Origin: an uncultured Burkholderiales bacterium
GTDB taxonomy: Bacteria; Pseudomonadota; Gammaproteobacteria; Burkholderiales; Eutrophovitaceae
Length of the DNA stretch: 64,000 bases
Direction of reading: 5' to 3'
Assembly (NCBI GenBank): GCA_963925895.1
Contig: CAWUVH010000011.1
Coordinates: 99,121 to 163,120, forward strand
Part shown: positions 13,069-24,770 of the stretch, in pieces
Numbering within the stretch: the stretch's first letter is position 1
Layout: each line of letters begins with the position of its first letter
The notes under the pieces: generated by a model
What the model was told of the DNA's origin: nothing
Seen by the model: the letters and a program-made list of their open reading frames with translations, nothing else
Database searches by the model: none
Translations under genes and position numbers: made by a program

Positions 13069-14430
13069 TTAAGGGTTACTTCTTTTTGAAAACGGATTAT
13101 CACCCTGTTTAAAGATTACCCTTACCTGCGCCCCTTCAAGTTTGAAAGCCGTCGTAAATGAACTCTCTAAATACCTCCGATAACTCTCAGGCACACCCTC
13201 AGTTGAATTGCCGTGAATCACAACCAAGGGAGGATTGATGCCTCCTTGATGCGCATAACGTAGTTTTGGTCGATTGTATCCCTTGCGTGGAGGCGATTGA
13301 CGCTCAGTCGCCGTCTTCAGCACGCGCGTTAATTGCGGTGTAGGCAGATTCATTCTCGAAGACTGAAAAGCTTTGTCTACTGACCGCAACAAACCGGCAA
13401 TGCCGGAACCCTTCGTTGCTGAAATGCGGTGGACTTTCGCAAAATCTAAAAATCGCAATTTACGTCGGTACGTTCTGTCGATAACCTCCCTAGCCTCCTC
13501 ACCACAGAGATCCCACTTGTTAATGACCACAACCATCGCTCTTCCAGCCTCAACCGCAAATGCAGCCAAGTTCACATCTTGATCTGATACGCCCTCGGTA
13601 CCATCAATTACCAAAACAACGACATTTGCCTCCTCCATCGCCTGGAGCGCTTTGATGACGGAGAATTTCTCAATCACCTCATTAACCTTCCCTCTTTTAC
13701 GCACTCCTGCAGTATCAATAATTGTGTAATCTCTTCCCTCTCTCTGGAATTCAATCTCTATAGCGTCTCGTGTTGTCCCTGGCTGATCAAATGCAATAAC
13801 TCTTTCCTCACCAAGGATCGAGTTAACCAACGTCGATTTTCCGACGTTAGGTCTCCCAATAATTGCCATGACCGGATGCCTGTCTTCAAGACGGTCTTGA
13901 ACCAGTTCACCCTCTTCCAAGTCTGATTGAAATTCAAGCTCAATCTCAGAGATGAGATCAGATATTCCATCACCATGAGCAGCAGAGATTATGCGCAGCG
14001 CACCTAATCCAAGCTCATAAAATTCAGCCAGAGCCAAACTTAAGCGCGCACCCTCTCCCTTGTTTGCAATCACCCAAATAGGTCGTCCAGACTTGCGCAG
14101 TTGTTCAGCAATACGCAGGTCTTCATTGGTAAGGCCTGCTCGCAAATCAACAATAAAAAGAGTTAAATCACTTTCATCGACCGCTTGCGCCGCTTGCTTG
14201 GCCATTTCACCAAAAACACCTCGCGTGAGATCTTTATCAAACTCAAGTCCACCCGTATCAACAACAATGAACTTCGACTGCTGTGTTTTTACAATACCGT
14301 AGTGTCGATCTCGCGTTAATCCTGGCTGACTGCCAACTATGGCATTTCTGGTTCGAGTTAACCGATTGAATAATGTCGACTTCCCAACATTGGGCCTGCC
14401 CACAAGTGCTACTGTTTTTGACATCGTCAT
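13069..14430 (-). CDS. der: Ribosome-associated GTPase Der (EngA), tandem GTPase domains
   Basis: 453 aa; two P-loops (GRPNVGKSTLFNRL and GRPNVGKSTLVNSILG) plus a KH-like C-terminus. Confidence 0.95.
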   Translation of the reverse strand: MTMSKTVALVGRPNVGKSTLFNRLTRTRNAIVGSQPGLTRDRHYGIVKTQQSKFIVVDTGGLEFDKDLTRGVFGEMAKQAAQAVDESDLTLFIVDLRAGLTNEDLRIAEQLRKSGRPIWVIANKGEGARLSLALAEFYELGLGALRIISAAHGDGISDLISEIELEFQSDLEEGELVQDRLEDRHPVMAIIGRPNVGKSTLVNSILGEERVIAFDQPGTTRDAIEIEFQREGRDYTIIDTAGVRKRGKVNEVIEKFSVIKALQAMEEANVVVLVIDGTEGVSDQDVNLAAFAVEAGRAMVVVINKWDLCGEEAREVIDRTYRRKLRFLDFAKVHRISATKGSGIAGLLRSVDKAFQSSRMNLPTPQLTRVLKTATERQSPPRKGYNRPKLRYAHQGGINPPLVVIHGNSTEGVPESYRRYLESSFTTAFKLEGAQVRVIFKQGDNPFSKRSNP

Positions 14431-14477
14431 AAATTTAGCGCCGAGAATCGACGACCATTAACCCGTAATCAAAGGTA

Positions 14478-15599
14478 TTATTCGATTCCGAAGGCATACA
14501 AATTACCCTCGGATGTTTGAACAAAGACTTTATCTCCAATTACCAGTGGATTAGTCAAAATGGGACTGCCGTCGGTTTTAGCCCTTCCAGCGAAGGAACC
14601 ATCGGTTGAGTCTAATAGGGAAATTACTCCTTCAAGGTCTCCGACCATTACCCAAGGCCCGAGAGATGAAGGACCTGATATGTTGCGATATTGGAACGAT
14701 TCGTTACGCCACAATAAAGCACCGGTTTTTCGATCTAAAGCTAGGATATGACCGATTGAATCTGACACAAAAACCTTGTCATTATCAAAACCTAAACTAC
14801 CTACTGCAGAAACCTTAACGCTCCAATTTTGCCGCCCCGTTTCTAAATCAAAGCAAGCAGCCCTGCCTTGAAACGTCGCCATACAGACCGCTTGTTCCAA
14901 AACTATTGGGGTTCCAACAACATCCGATATGCGCTCTAGGTCATTATCGCCTGAAGGAATGGAAACATTTACGCCCCACAGCTCCTCCCCCGTAGCATTT
15001 TCAAGGTTTATCGCGATACCTCCATGAAATCCAGCTACGATTGATTCTCTCAATCCAACTGCCAAACCCGGATTAGAACGCAAAACCAGACTTTGACTGG
15101 GCACCTGAAAGTCCCATTTTAAAATGCCTGTTTCACGATCTAAGGCTATCAATCTCCCCTGAACGTCTCGAACAATAACTAAAGCGCCAACGGCTAATGG
15201 AATACCCGTGACCGAATTACGCACGTTCGACTCCCACTTTACTGAACCACCAGCATCAACCAACGTAACTACGCCATCTTCCCCACCAACAAAAACTTCT
15301 TCATCCCCGGCACCCACGCCACCGGAAATTTGCTCATTAATTTTAGTTTCAAATAGTTCGTGGCCTGTCTCCCCGTTGAAACATGAGATTGATTTAGCTG
15401 AAGCCCCGCACACTCGATCACCTGCAACGATAGGAGACAATATTGCCCCAAGTGGATCGCCCAAGGATTTATTCCAAACTTTTTGAAGCGATACTCTTTG
15501 CTCAAATTTGGGCAAATCTACTGGCTCTCGGCGCTGCGTGGCACATGCGGCCGTCAAAAGGACCGATAAAATTACTGCCCCGGTAATAAAAATTCTCAC
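14478..15599 (-). CDS. bamB: Outer membrane protein assembly factor BamB (beta-propeller lipoprotein)
   Basis: 373 aa; signal peptide ending LLTAAC; repeated PQQ-like propeller blades; conserved yfgM-bamB-der order. Confidence 0.8.
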   Translation of the reverse strand: MRIFITGAVILSVLLTAACATQRREPVDLPKFEQRVSLQKVWNKSLGDPLGAILSPIVAGDRVCGASAKSISCFNGETGHELFETKINEQISGGVGAGDEEVFVGGEDGVVTLVDAGGSVKWESNVRNSVTGIPLAVGALVIVRDVQGRLIALDRETGILKWDFQVPSQSLVLRSNPGLAVGLRESIVAGFHGGIAINLENATGEELWGVNVSIPSGDNDLERISDVVGTPIVLEQAVCMATFQGRAACFDLETGRQNWSVKVSAVGSLGFDNDKVFVSDSIGHILALDRKTGALLWRNESFQYRNISGPSSLGPWVMVGDLEGVISLLDSTDGSFAGRAKTDGSPILTNPLVIGDKVFVQTSEGNLYAFGIE

Positions 15600-16231
15600 T
15601 GAGAACCTAAACTATCAATCTTGATTTGAACGATATCGATCCATGGATTTCCATCTTGGAGTCGATCAAGCGCCTCCTCATAAGCTGCTCGGGCTTCATT
15701 GTTCAATTTCTGCGCTGCATAAATATCACCACGCATGTCCGCAAACAAACCCGACATGGACGATCCAGCATCGCCATCTAGGGCAATCATTGCCAAATCA
15801 TATTGCTCCATTATCAGATGGAGGGCGGCGAGACGAAGTTTTGCTAACGAAACCAAACTCGCGTCACGATCGTCAGCAATCACGCCTCGAACAAGATCAA
15901 TCGCCTGCTGATAGTCCCCATTGTCACTAACAGCCTTTGCGAGGTTCAGTCGAGCCAGATCAGCGTAGTAAGTTCCACCATATTCAGTTATCAGCTCTTG
16001 GGATAGGGCACCTACTTTATCTGCCTCGTCCCCGGCTTCCGCTGTTTCAAGTTTATTAAATGTCGCAGATGCCGCTTGAGCCTTGGTCGTCGTATGGTAT
16101 TGCCACCATTTGGTGCCACCGAACCCAACCACGACCGCAACTACAACCATAATCACGATATTCCCATAAGCTCGCCAAAATTCCTTAATTGCGTCTACCG
16201 TTTCCTGCTCGTCTGAGTCAAAGGTTGCCAT
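15596..16231 (-). CDS. YfgM-family TPR membrane protein
   Basis: 211 aa; N-terminal acidic region, one TM helix and a TPR-like periplasmic part; in the yfgM position between hisS and bamB, overlapping bamB by 4 nt. Confidence 0.6.
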   Translation of the reverse strand: MATFDSDEQETVDAIKEFWRAYGNIVIMVVVAVVVGFGGTKWWQYHTTTKAQAASATFNKLETAEAGDEADKVGALSQELITEYGGTYYADLARLNLAKAVSDNGDYQQAIDLVRGVIADDRDASLVSLAKLRLAALHLIMEQYDLAMIALDGDAGSSMSGLFADMRGDIYAAQKLNNEARAAYEEALDRLQDGNPWIDIVQIKIDSLGSQ

Positions 16232-16267
16232 ATTTAATTACCTAAATTAATTCTATATTCATTAAAA

Positions 16268-17566
16268 CTAAACATCACTTTCACGAATTTTCCTAATTGC
16301 ATCTATCACACTTAAGTCTTGCTGCTGCTCCGCTTTCCCCATCCTTGCTCCACGAAGAGATTTCAAAGAAACTCTTTTTTGCGTCATCTCACTATCACCA
16401 ATGATGATAGCAAAATTGGCGCCGCTGATATCAGCTTTCTTCATTTGAGATTTTAACGCACCCCCACCGCAGTGGAGTATTATTTTAAGGCCATTATCGC
16501 GCAATTCTCGACAAACATCCCAAGCATAAAGCTGAGTTTTTTCATCCGCAGACACCACATAGACGTCGGGGATCGTTTTAGGAATCACAACCCCACAACT
16601 ATCAAGAGTAGCAAGCACACGCTCAATACCCAAAGCAAAGCCACAAGCTGGCATTGGTTTGCCTCCTATTTGCTCAGCCAAGATGTCGTATCGACCTCCC
16701 GCACAGATCGTACCCTGAGCCCCTAAAAAGTCGGTCTTCCATTCATAGACAACATCGTTGTAGTAATCTAAACCCCTTACGAGATTCGGATTAACTTCGT
16801 AGTCAATGCCCGCATTGGTTAGGAGTAATTTAAACCGCTCCATCTTATCTATCGACTCATTCGACAAGAAGTCCAGCAACTTCGGAGCGGAAAACAAAAG
16901 CTTTTGCGTATCTGGGTTTTTACTATCAAGGACCCTCAGTGGGTTTGTATTAATCCGTCTCCGAGAATCCTCATCCAAAAGCTCCTCAATGCCCTTTAAG
17001 TACGCCACTAGCGCCTCACGATATTTTGCACGATCGTCTTTACTTCCTAAAGAATTCACCTCTAATCTAACTGCAGTGCCGGCTATCCCTAATGCCCTCC
17101 AAAGATCTGCAGCCATCAAAACGTGTTCCGCATCGATATCTGGGCCCTCGAAACCTAGGGCTTCGACCCCGACTTGATGGAACTGTCGAAAACGACCTTT
17201 TTGTGGTCGCTCATGCCTAAACATAGGGCCGCAGTAGGACAACCTACGGGCATTACCGTAAGTCATATTGTGCTGGATAGCTGCGCGCACTGCTGAAGCC
17301 GTACCTTCTGGGCGCAGCGTCAAAGAATCGCCGTTTAATGTATCAGTAAAGGTATACATTTCTTTTTCGACAATATCCGTTGCCGTTCCGATTGACCGTA
17401 CAAAAAGGTCGGTGCTTTCAAGGATCGGTGTTCGAATATTTTGGTACCCAAACATTGCCAACCAATCTCGGATACGAGACTCAATCCATTCCCACTGGTA
17501 ACTCTCCTCAGGGAGGATATCGTTCATTCCACGAATCGCTTGAATCTTATCCATACCTATACTCAT
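16268..17566 (-). CDS. hisS: Histidine--tRNA ligase
   Basis: 432 aa; IQAIRGMNDILP, class-II motifs (FRHERPQKGR.RQFHQ, GGGRYD). Start could instead be the ATG at 17554. Confidence 0.95.
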   Translation of the reverse strand: MSIGMDKIQAIRGMNDILPEESYQWEWIESRIRDWLAMFGYQNIRTPILESTDLFVRSIGTATDIVEKEMYTFTDTLNGDSLTLRPEGTASAVRAAIQHNMTYGNARRLSYCGPMFRHERPQKGRFRQFHQVGVEALGFEGPDIDAEHVLMAADLWRALGIAGTAVRLEVNSLGSKDDRAKYREALVAYLKGIEELLDEDSRRRINTNPLRVLDSKNPDTQKLLFSAPKLLDFLSNESIDKMERFKLLLTNAGIDYEVNPNLVRGLDYYNDVVYEWKTDFLGAQGTICAGGRYDILAEQIGGKPMPACGFALGIERVLATLDSCGVVIPKTIPDVYVVSADEKTQLYAWDVCRELRDNGLKIILHCGGGALKSQMKKADISGANFAIIIGDSEMTQKRVSLKSLRGARMGKAEQQQDLSVIDAIRKIRESDV

Positions 17567-17617
17567 CCATAAAGCTACTCACTGGCACACGGTTTAGACC
17601 CACATTCACTGGCAGAG

Positions 17618-18835
17618 CTAACTGCCATATGTTTCACGAACATACTTGTGCACAATACCTTCAAACTCTTGGGCAATCGTTGCACCTTTTAACGTTGTGA
17701 CTCTATTCCCGTCCACATACACAGGTGCGACGGGATTTTCACCAGAACCAGGCAAACTAATGCCAATATTCGCATTTTTACTCTCCCCCGGGCCATTAAC
17801 CACACAACCCATCACAGCAACCTTCATCTCCTCAACCCCTTGATACTGTTTTTTCCATTGAGGCATTTGCTCTCTCAAAAATGCTTGGATATCCTTTGCC
17901 AGTATTTGGAAGAAATCACTCGATGTCCGCCCGCACCCAGGGCAAGATATTACAAGTGGTGTAAACGATCGAATACCCATAGTCTGTAATAACTCTTGAG
18001 CAACATACACCTCCTCTACGCGGCGTCCGCCCGGCTCTGGCGTGAGCGAGATTCGAATCGTATCTCCGATTCCCTCTTGGAGCAAAATAGCCAATGCCGC
18101 ACTGGACGACACGATTCCTTTACTGCCCATCCCAGCCTCAGTAAGACCAAGATGGAGCGGGTGATCAGTTCTAAGACTCAGATCACGATAAACGGTTACA
18201 AGCTCTTGGACATCACTGACCTTACAAGAAATAATAATCCTATCGTGACTTAAACCAATTGACTCAGCTAATTGAGCGCTTTGAATAGCGGATGAAATCA
18301 ACGCCTCACGCACAAGCTCTTTATTACTCAAGGGCACTTCTTTTTTAGCATTTTCGTCCATCAATCTGCTCAGCTGAGTTTGATCTAAACTTCCCCAGTT
18401 AGCACCAATCCTGATGGGCTTATTGAATTCGCAAGCGTACTCTATGATGGACGCAAACTGACTATCCTTTTTACTTCCTCTACCCACATTCCCTGGATTG
18501 ATACGATATTTATCTAAGGATTCGGCACACTCTGGGTGCTCTTTTAAAAGACGATGACCATTAAAATGAAAGTCGCCCACCAGAGGACAGTCAATCCCCT
18601 TTTTTGCTAATGCCTCTTTGATACGAGGTACGGCAGCTGCAGCTTCGACTGTGTTAACCGTAACCCGCACGATCTCCGAGCCTGAAGCGTGCAAATCAAT
18701 AATTTGGGATACCGTAGCCGAGATGTCTGCGGTATCCGTATCGGTCATCGACTGCACTACCACAGGCTGGCCGCCACCAACCAAGACGGAGCCGACGTGA
18801 ACAGTATTATTTTTCCTTCTAGGTATTTTATTCAT
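17618..18835 (-). CDS. ispG: 4-hydroxy-3-methylbut-2-en-1-yl diphosphate synthase (flavodoxin)
   Basis: 405 aa; [22 protein letters not shown], and the Cys ligands SCPGCGRT and GCVVNGPGE. Confidence 0.95.
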   Translation of the reverse strand: MNKIPRRKNNTVHVGSVLVGGGQPVVVQSMTDTDTADISATVSQIIDLHASGSEIVRVTVNTVEAAAAVPRIKEALAKKGIDCPLVGDFHFNGHRLLKEHPECAESLDKYRINPGNVGRGSKKDSQFASIIEYACEFNKPIRIGANWGSLDQTQLSRLMDENAKKEVPLSNKELVREALISSAIQSAQLAESIGLSHDRIIISCKVSDVQELVTVYRDLSLRTDHPLHLGLTEAGMGSKGIVSSSAALAILLQEGIGDTIRISLTPEPGGRRVEEVYVAQELLQTMGIRSFTPLVISCPGCGRTSSDFFQILAKDIQAFLREQMPQWKKQYQGVEEMKVAVMGCVVNGPGESKNANIGISLPGSGENPVAPVYVDGNRVTTLKGATIAQEFEGIVHKYVRETYGS

Positions 18836-18863
18836 AACTCGCCACAGAATACATAAGGCGTAT

Positions 18864-20036
18864 TTAAATTGATGTCATCACCGTCGGATTAACATTTCTT
18901 CGAGGTGTTCGACGATTTTTTAATTGGCCTGCCAACTGACCACAGGCCCCAGCAATATCATCACCTCGCGTCTTTCTTACCGTCGTCACTAAACCTGCAT
19001 TCATGAGTATTTTTTGAAAATTAGAGACTGCTTGCGCCGAACTTCGGGTGAAACCAGAATCATTGAAGGGGTTAAACGGAATTAAATTAAACTTGCAAGG
19101 GACGCCACGAGTCACGTTAACTAATTGTCGCGCATGGTCCGCCATATCGTTAACGCCATCGAGCATGATGTATTCAAAGGTAACAAAATCACGCGGGGAT
19201 CCGCGGCGTTGCCACTTAACACCTGAAATGACCTCGCCTTGAGAGCTATCCGTGTATCGCTTACACGCCTCCATCAGATCAGCTATTGGATATTTTTTAT
19301 TAATTGGAACGATCTTACTTCTCAACTCATCATTAGGCGCATGAAGAGAAACCGCAAGCGATACTGGACAATCCTCTCTCAAACGATCGATGTTCGGGAC
19401 AATGCCGGATGTTGAAACTGTTACTCGCCTGCGAGAAAGACCATACCCAAAATCATCCAGCATAATTCGAACAGCGTGAACCACATTATCATAATTGGTT
19501 AAAGGCTCACCCATCCCCATGAGCACAACATTAGATACCGGGCGGGATGAATCCCCACCTTCAAGTCTCGCAAATGAGCCTTCAGATTGAGGGAATCTAT
19601 TTTGCGCCAACCAAAGTTGTCCAATAATTTCTGAAACCTTAAGGTTACGGTTAAACCCTTCGCGACCTGTCGCGCAAAAAGCACATTCCAAAGCACACCC
19701 GGCTTGGGATGAAACACATAAAGTCCCACGCCCTTTCTCTGGGATGAAGACAGCCTCAACCGAATTCGCATTATCGACCGGGAACAACCACTTGAGAGTG
19801 CCATCATCTGAACGGTTCTCATGTCCAAACTTAGGGACTTTAATCGTGACCAGCTCTCCAAGTTTATCTCTCAAAGACTTGGAGAGATCCGTCATCAAGT
19901 TAAGGTCCACAACACCGCGTTGATGAATCCACTTGAACAATTGTTGAGACCGAAATGAATTCTCACCAATCCCCTTGAGAAACTCAGCGAGTTGATCTCG
20001 ATCTAAATCAAGAAGATTGATCTTCTCAGACATCAA
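18864..20036 (-). CDS. rlmN: Dual-specificity 23S rRNA/tRNA A-C2 methyltransferase RlmN (radical SAM)
   Basis: 390 aa; radical-SAM [11 protein letters not shown] and GMGEPL motifs; start is 1 nt after the ndk stop. Confidence 0.92.
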   Translation of the reverse strand: MMSEKINLLDLDRDQLAEFLKGIGENSFRSQQLFKWIHQRGVVDLNLMTDLSKSLRDKLGELVTIKVPKFGHENRSDDGTLKWLFPVDNANSVEAVFIPEKGRGTLCVSSQAGCALECAFCATGREGFNRNLKVSEIIGQLWLAQNRFPQSEGSFARLEGGDSSRPVSNVVLMGMGEPLTNYDNVVHAVRIMLDDFGYGLSRRRVTVSTSGIVPNIDRLREDCPVSLAVSLHAPNDELRSKIVPINKKYPIADLMEACKRYTDSSQGEVISGVKWQRRGSPRDFVTFEYIMLDGVNDMADHARQLVNVTRGVPCKFNLIPFNPFNDSGFTRSSAQAVSNFQKILMNAGLVTTVRKTRGDDIAGACGQLAGQLKNRRTPRRNVNPTVMTSI

Positions 20037-20037
20037 A

Positions 20038-20463
20038 TTAACGTGCGTAAACGTTCATACTGGGGAAAAAGTAAGCGATCTCAATCGCGGCATTCTCCGG
20101 GGAATCAGATCCGTGCACAGCATTAGCATCAATACTCTCTGCAAAATCAGCTCGTATAGTGCCTTTATCTGCATTCTTTGGATCAGTTGCCCCCATTAGA
20201 TCTCTATTTTTCTTAATCGCGTCATCACCTTCAAGAACCTGAATACAGACTGGTCCAGAGGACATGAATTCAACCAAGTCATTAAAAAACGGGCGATCTT
20301 TGTGAACCGCATAAAAGCCTGCCGCATCGTCCTTCGACAACAGTACCAATCTCATTGCTGATATTTTTAAGCCCGCATCTTCAAATCGGGATAAAACTTT
20401 TCCAATTACATTCTTCTCGACTGCATCGGGCTTAATGATTGAAAGCGTCCTCTCTAGTGCCAT
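20038..20463 (-). CDS. ndk: Nucleoside diphosphate kinase
   Basis: 141 aa; [12 protein letters not shown] and NAVHGSDS active-site His motif. Confidence 0.97.
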   Translation of the reverse strand: MALERTLSIIKPDAVEKNVIGKVLSRFEDAGLKISAMRLVLLSKDDAAGFYAVHKDRPFFNDLVEFMSSGPVCIQVLEGDDAIKKNRDLMGATDPKNADKGTIRADFAESIDANAVHGSDSPENAAIEIAYFFPSMNVYAR

Positions 20464-20557
20464 TGTTTCTCCATCATATTGTTTAAGTTAACAAAACGTT
20501 GGTATGTTAACACGCGGTGCTCGCCAAATTCCATCAGTCGATGCGAACCAATAAGAC

Positions 20558-21889
20558 TCAATTATCTACGCGCCAATTAATAATGATGCTTGGCTGATTT
20601 TCTTGGGCGGCACAATGCCCGGATACCCCGATATTTCCGACAAATAGGGCTTCATCTGCTAAGAATGCCACAGGGGTTTTCAACCTTACCCAAGGGGGAA
20701 CACCATCAAGTTGCCAGATTTTTCTGAGAGCTCGCCTTGGTCTATTTCGACCTAAGGAAAATCGTTTGTTACCTGCGCCGAACGCAATGGTCACATTTCC
20801 AGACTCAAGCAACTCCCTCGACACCCCATTCCCAACAGATTCCGTAAATTCCAAGTAGCCCAAACCGAGAGGCAAATCAATAATCGCCTCTCCCTGCCAG
20901 ACTTTGGACCAATCCTCAGAAATACAACTATCTTTATTGAGGACATAGCAGTGATTTCGGTATCGTCTAATGCTGACGTGTTTCGTATCTACCGAGACAC
21001 TCGCGCTCCTCTTCGCACCTGTGCATTGACGCAACGCCTCAATCATCCAAGAACGACCCGGGGCAACTGCGCCACGACGCCGAAATAACTCTCTAAAAAT
21101 ATTGATGGCTCGCGGTTGAGATAATTGACTCAATCCATCAATCTCAAGCCCTCCACATGAGGACGTTAATACATCAATATCTTGCACAGCCAACTCTGTA
21201 ATCAACTCTCCGACTTCAGTTAAGTTTTGGACAGCATTGAGAATAGACCTATCGAACGCTGGAAAGCGGGACCTCAATTGCGGCAATATGTCATTTCTCA
21301 GGTAATTTCTAGAAAATTTGTGGTCACTATTCGACGGATCTTCTATCCATTTAAGACCTCTTTGTTTGGCATACGCCATGATTTCTTTTCGCTCAATCCC
21401 CAACATTGGTCGGAAAATTTCTTTTCCCGAATCAAAATCATCTCGAATGGCGAGCATTCCTGAAAGACCGTCAACCCCTGAGCCTCGCAACGCTTGCAAA
21501 AAAAAAGTCTCAACTTGATCATCCTGATGATGCGCAAGCACCACAGTGGCCCCTGAGTGGCTAAGAAGCGCAGAATATCTTGCCTCCCTCGCCGCACCCT
21601 CAATGCCTAATCGAGATTCCGGTGATATTTGGATATCAAATACTTTTAAAGCAATTTGGCGAGTGGCACATAAATTTAAACAAAACTGAGCCCAAGTGGG
21701 CGACTCAACATGAAGGTGATGATTGACGTGAACGGCGGATACTTGAAGCTTCAGTGGGATAGATATCCTTGAGATAACGTCGAGCAAGACGACGGAATCA
21801 ACCCCCCCACTCAGAGCGATCACAACCGCCCGATCCGAGATTCGGTACGCTTCAAATTGTTCCAGAATTTTAATTTCTAAGTCAGTCAC
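20558..21889 (-). CDS. tilS: tRNA(Ile)-lysidine synthetase
   Basis: 443 aa; PP-loop ALSGGVDSVVLL; AHH.DDQ.ET. Confidence 0.85.
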   Translation of the reverse strand: MTDLEIKILEQFEAYRISDRAVVIALSGGVDSVVLLDVISRISIPLKLQVSAVHVNHHLHVESPTWAQFCLNLCATRQIALKVFDIQISPESRLGIEGAAREARYSALLSHSGATVVLAHHQDDQVETFFLQALRGSGVDGLSGMLAIRDDFDSGKEIFRPMLGIERKEIMAYAKQRGLKWIEDPSNSDHKFSRNYLRNDILPQLRSRFPAFDRSILNAVQNLTEVGELITELAVQDIDVLTSSCGGLEIDGLSQLSQPRAINIFRELFRRRGAVAPGRSWMIEALRQCTGAKRSASVSVDTKHVSIRRYRNHCYVLNKDSCISEDWSKVWQGEAIIDLPLGLGYLEFTESVGNGVSRELLESGNVTIAFGAGNKRFSLGRNRPRRALRKIWQLDGVPPWVRLKTPVAFLADEALFVGNIGVSGHCAAQENQPSIIINWRVDN

Positions 21890-21945
21890 GGCTGCGCGCT
21901 AAGTGGACTAAAAACCCTAAGCAAATGAATGTCTTTAGACAACAC

Positions 21946-22908
21946 TCATTCTGAGTCTAGAAATTTACCGTAGCTCATGATTCGAGCTAAGCGCCTCTCT
22001 ACCAATTTCGTTGGAGGCAAATCACTTACAGACGACAATGCATCCTCTAAACTTTTTTTCAAGGTTTGAAACATTGCAGAATGATCTCGATGCGCGCCGC
22101 CAAGGGGTTCCGCAACAATTTTATCGATCAAACCAAGTGTTTTTAAACGGCTTGCAGTAATGCCGAGTGCCTCTGCCGCAACCGATGCCTTCTCCGCGCT
22201 CTTCCAAAGGATTGACGCACATCCCTCGGGTGAGATTACAGAATAAACCGAGTACTGCAGACTTTGAACTACATCTCCAACGGCTATGGCCAAGGCTCCT
22301 CCAGAGCCTCCCTCACCAATGATCGTTGAAATGATTGGCACCTTCAGTTCCGACATAGCATACAAGTTTCGACCAATAGCCTCCGACTGTCCACGCTCTT
22401 CAGCCCCCACGCCGGGATATGCCCCAGGAGTATCCACAAATGTGAATACGGGCATTTTGTATTTCTCGGCTAACTCCATCAGTCGTCGCGCCTTTCGATA
22501 GCCCTCTGGTTTTGGCATTCCAAAATTTCGATAAAGCTTTTCCTTGGTGTCACGACCTTTTTGATGTCCGATCACAACTACTGGACTATCGTTAAAGCGA
22601 CCTATTCCACAAACGACGGAAGGATCATCCGCGAAGAGTCTGTCACCGTGAATTTCTTCAAATCCCGTGAACAGAGCATCGATATAATCCAGCGTGTAGG
22701 GTCTTTGTGGATGTCGCGCAACCTGAACAATCTGCCAAGCAGTCAGTTTAGCGTAAAGCTCTTTAGTGACCACGTCACTTTTCTTTCGCAGTCGCCCAAT
22801 TTCCTCAGAAATATCTACCGCAGAATCATCCTGAACAAATCTCAAATCCTCTATTTTGGACTCAAGCTCTGCTACTGATTGCTCAAAATCTAGGAACGTT
22901 GTCTTCAT
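21946..22908 (-). CDS. accA: Acetyl-CoA carboxylase carboxyltransferase alpha subunit
   Basis: 320 aa; LDFE....[27 protein letters not shown]. Confidence 0.95.
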   Translation of the reverse strand: MKTTFLDFEQSVAELESKIEDLRFVQDDSAVDISEEIGRLRKKSDVVTKELYAKLTAWQIVQVARHPQRPYTLDYIDALFTGFEEIHGDRLFADDPSVVCGIGRFNDSPVVVIGHQKGRDTKEKLYRNFGMPKPEGYRKARRLMELAEKYKMPVFTFVDTPGAYPGVGAEERGQSEAIGRNLYAMSELKVPIISTIIGEGGSGGALAIAVGDVVQSLQYSVYSVISPEGCASILWKSAEKASVAAEALGITASRLKTLGLIDKIVAEPLGGAHRDHSAMFQTLKKSLEDALSSVSDLPPTKLVERRLARIMSYGKFLDSE

Positions 22909-22979
22909 GAGTCAATTTTAAACGCTTTTATCAATCGAGATAACAAAAACTCGTTAACAATCACAACCTCTGCATCCAT

Positions 22980-24719
22980 TTAAAAAACAACACCCTGTCG
23001 ACCTCTAGGATCACTTAAGATGACACAATTTTGTTGGAACTTCGGACAATGGACTGCCTGCATATTGCCCCATTTTCTGCGATAAACTTGTACGTTATGA
23101 CCTCTTCGCTTAAGGTCAGCAACCCATTCTTTATTAAAACTCTCGGGTTCAATTTGTACTCTATCCGGCAAATACTGATGATGGTACCTGGGGAGAGAAA
23201 CAAGAGTATCCGTTACTGGTGCATTAGGGCCAAGGTATTCTAAAATTGATAATACGACCATGCTGATGATTCTCGAGCCGCCAGGTGTGCCTATTACAAG
23301 CACCCCTTCATCATTCTCCACAAAAGTGGGGGACATAGAAGAAAGTGGTCGCTTATAAGCCTCTATCCCATTAGCCCGATTACCAATAAGTTGATAAGAA
23401 TTCCCCTGGCCGATCCCAATAGAAAAATCATCCATATGGTTATTCAGCACAATACCGGTATCACCGGCAACCATCCCAGACCCGAAAGGCCCATTTATTG
23501 ATAGGGTAGCAGCAACTCGATTACCATGTTCGTCTACGATAGAAAAATGGGTAGTCTCCTCGCCCTCTAGAGTAAGATCAAAAACAGTCGGCAAGCTAAG
23601 GCTATCCGTAGCGGCGTTGAGATCGATAGATTTAGCCCTCTTTTGAGCATAAGCAGCACTCGATAATAGATGTACAGGCGCGTTAATGAAGTCTGGGTCG
23701 CCCATGAATCTGGCGCGATCGTTATAACCACGTCTCATGGCTTCAATCACCAAGTGAGCTTGCATGCTACTGGATTGGTTGTAGAACGAGAACCCATCAA
23801 GAATATGGAAAATCTGGGCCATGACCAATCCGCCGGACGACGGTAGAGGAGCCGTAACAATTTTCGCTCCATTAAACTCTATGACGACGGGCTCCCTTTC
23901 CTTGACCTCATAGCGCTCTAGATCTTCTAAAGTCCAATTGCCCCCGGCGGCGGTCACAAAATCGACCATTTCTCTCGCGATCTTACCGTGATAAAACGAA
24001 TCAACATCTTTAGCTAATGCAACTAACGTTTTAGCCAATTCAGGTTGTTTAAGTACTTGGCCAAGCTCAAACACTTCGCCCCCCTTGAAAAAAATACTTT
24101 CCGCACGAGGGAATTTTCTAATTCGTTTCTCGACCCACCCGACCGCCCTGACAAAGCGCAGGTCAACCTTAAAACCATGTTCCGCCAATTTAATTGCTGG
24201 TTGGAAACTCTCAGCTAGAGATAGCTTTGAATAATGTTCGGATAAGTGTTGGAGTGCAGCAGGGATACCAGGAATGGCTGCTGCCAAAGGGCCCTCACGA
24301 GACCACTCTGGCACAGCTTTCCCAGATTCATCCAAATACAAGGATTCCGTTGCAAGCTGAGGGGCCATCTCACGAGCATCAAGAAAAATATCTCTCCCGG
24401 ATCCTGCTTCATGCAATAAGTAGAATCCACCGCCACCCAAACCTGAAGAGTAGGGCTCAACAACGCCGAGAGCGGCTGTTACCGCGATAGCCGCATCAAA
24501 GGCATTACCACCACCTCGTAAAACCTCACACCCTGCTGCTGTAGCATCGGGGTGCGCGCTTGCGATAGCGCAGGTATCAATCGCTTGAGCATGACTAACG
24601 AGTTGCATCTTCAGCAAACACACAACACACATAAAAGAAAGCGTGACTGATAGCACTGCTCTAAAAATACAACGATCTTTATAAATTTTACTATTGATCA
24701 TAAAAAGCATTCCGAACAA
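22980..24719 (-). CDS. ggt: Gamma-glutamyltransferase (periplasmic, autoprocessing Ntn hydrolase)
   Basis: 579 aa; signal-like N-terminus; GGGGF, the processing/nucleophile site GEETTHFS, and GTPGGSRI. The track start is a TTG; an ATG at 24710 is an alternative. Confidence 0.85.
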   Translation of the reverse strand: MFGMLFMINSKIYKDRCIFRAVLSVTLSFMCVVCLLKMQLVSHAQAIDTCAIASAHPDATAAGCEVLRGGGNAFDAAIAVTAALGVVEPYSSGLGGGGFYLLHEAGSGRDIFLDAREMAPQLATESLYLDESGKAVPEWSREGPLAAAIPGIPAALQHLSEHYSKLSLAESFQPAIKLAEHGFKVDLRFVRAVGWVEKRIRKFPRAESIFFKGGEVFELGQVLKQPELAKTLVALAKDVDSFYHGKIAREMVDFVTAAGGNWTLEDLERYEVKEREPVVIEFNGAKIVTAPLPSSGGLVMAQIFHILDGFSFYNQSSSMQAHLVIEAMRRGYNDRARFMGDPDFINAPVHLLSSAAYAQKRAKSIDLNAATDSLSLPTVFDLTLEGEETTHFSIVDEHGNRVAATLSINGPFGSGMVAGDTGIVLNNHMDDFSIGIGQGNSYQLIGNRANGIEAYKRPLSSMSPTFVENDEGVLVIGTPGGSRIISMVVLSILEYLGPNAPVTDTLVSLPRYHHQYLPDRVQIEPESFNKEWVADLKRRGHNVQVYRRKWGNMQAVHCPKFQQNCVILSDPRGRQGVVF

Positions 24720-24728
24720 TAATCAAAT

Positions 24729-24770
24729 CTCGTCAATAACGAGTTTTTTCCTCAGACGAGGAATTTTTTT
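24729..24770 (+). terminator. Two tandem hairpin plus T-tract modules, oriented for the plus strand
   Basis: CTCGT-CAATA-ACGAG followed by TTTTTT (24729-24749), then TTCCTC-AGAC-GAGGAA followed by TTTTTTT (24748-24770). Both flanking genes are on the minus strand, so a terminator role is uncertain. Confidence 0.3.
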
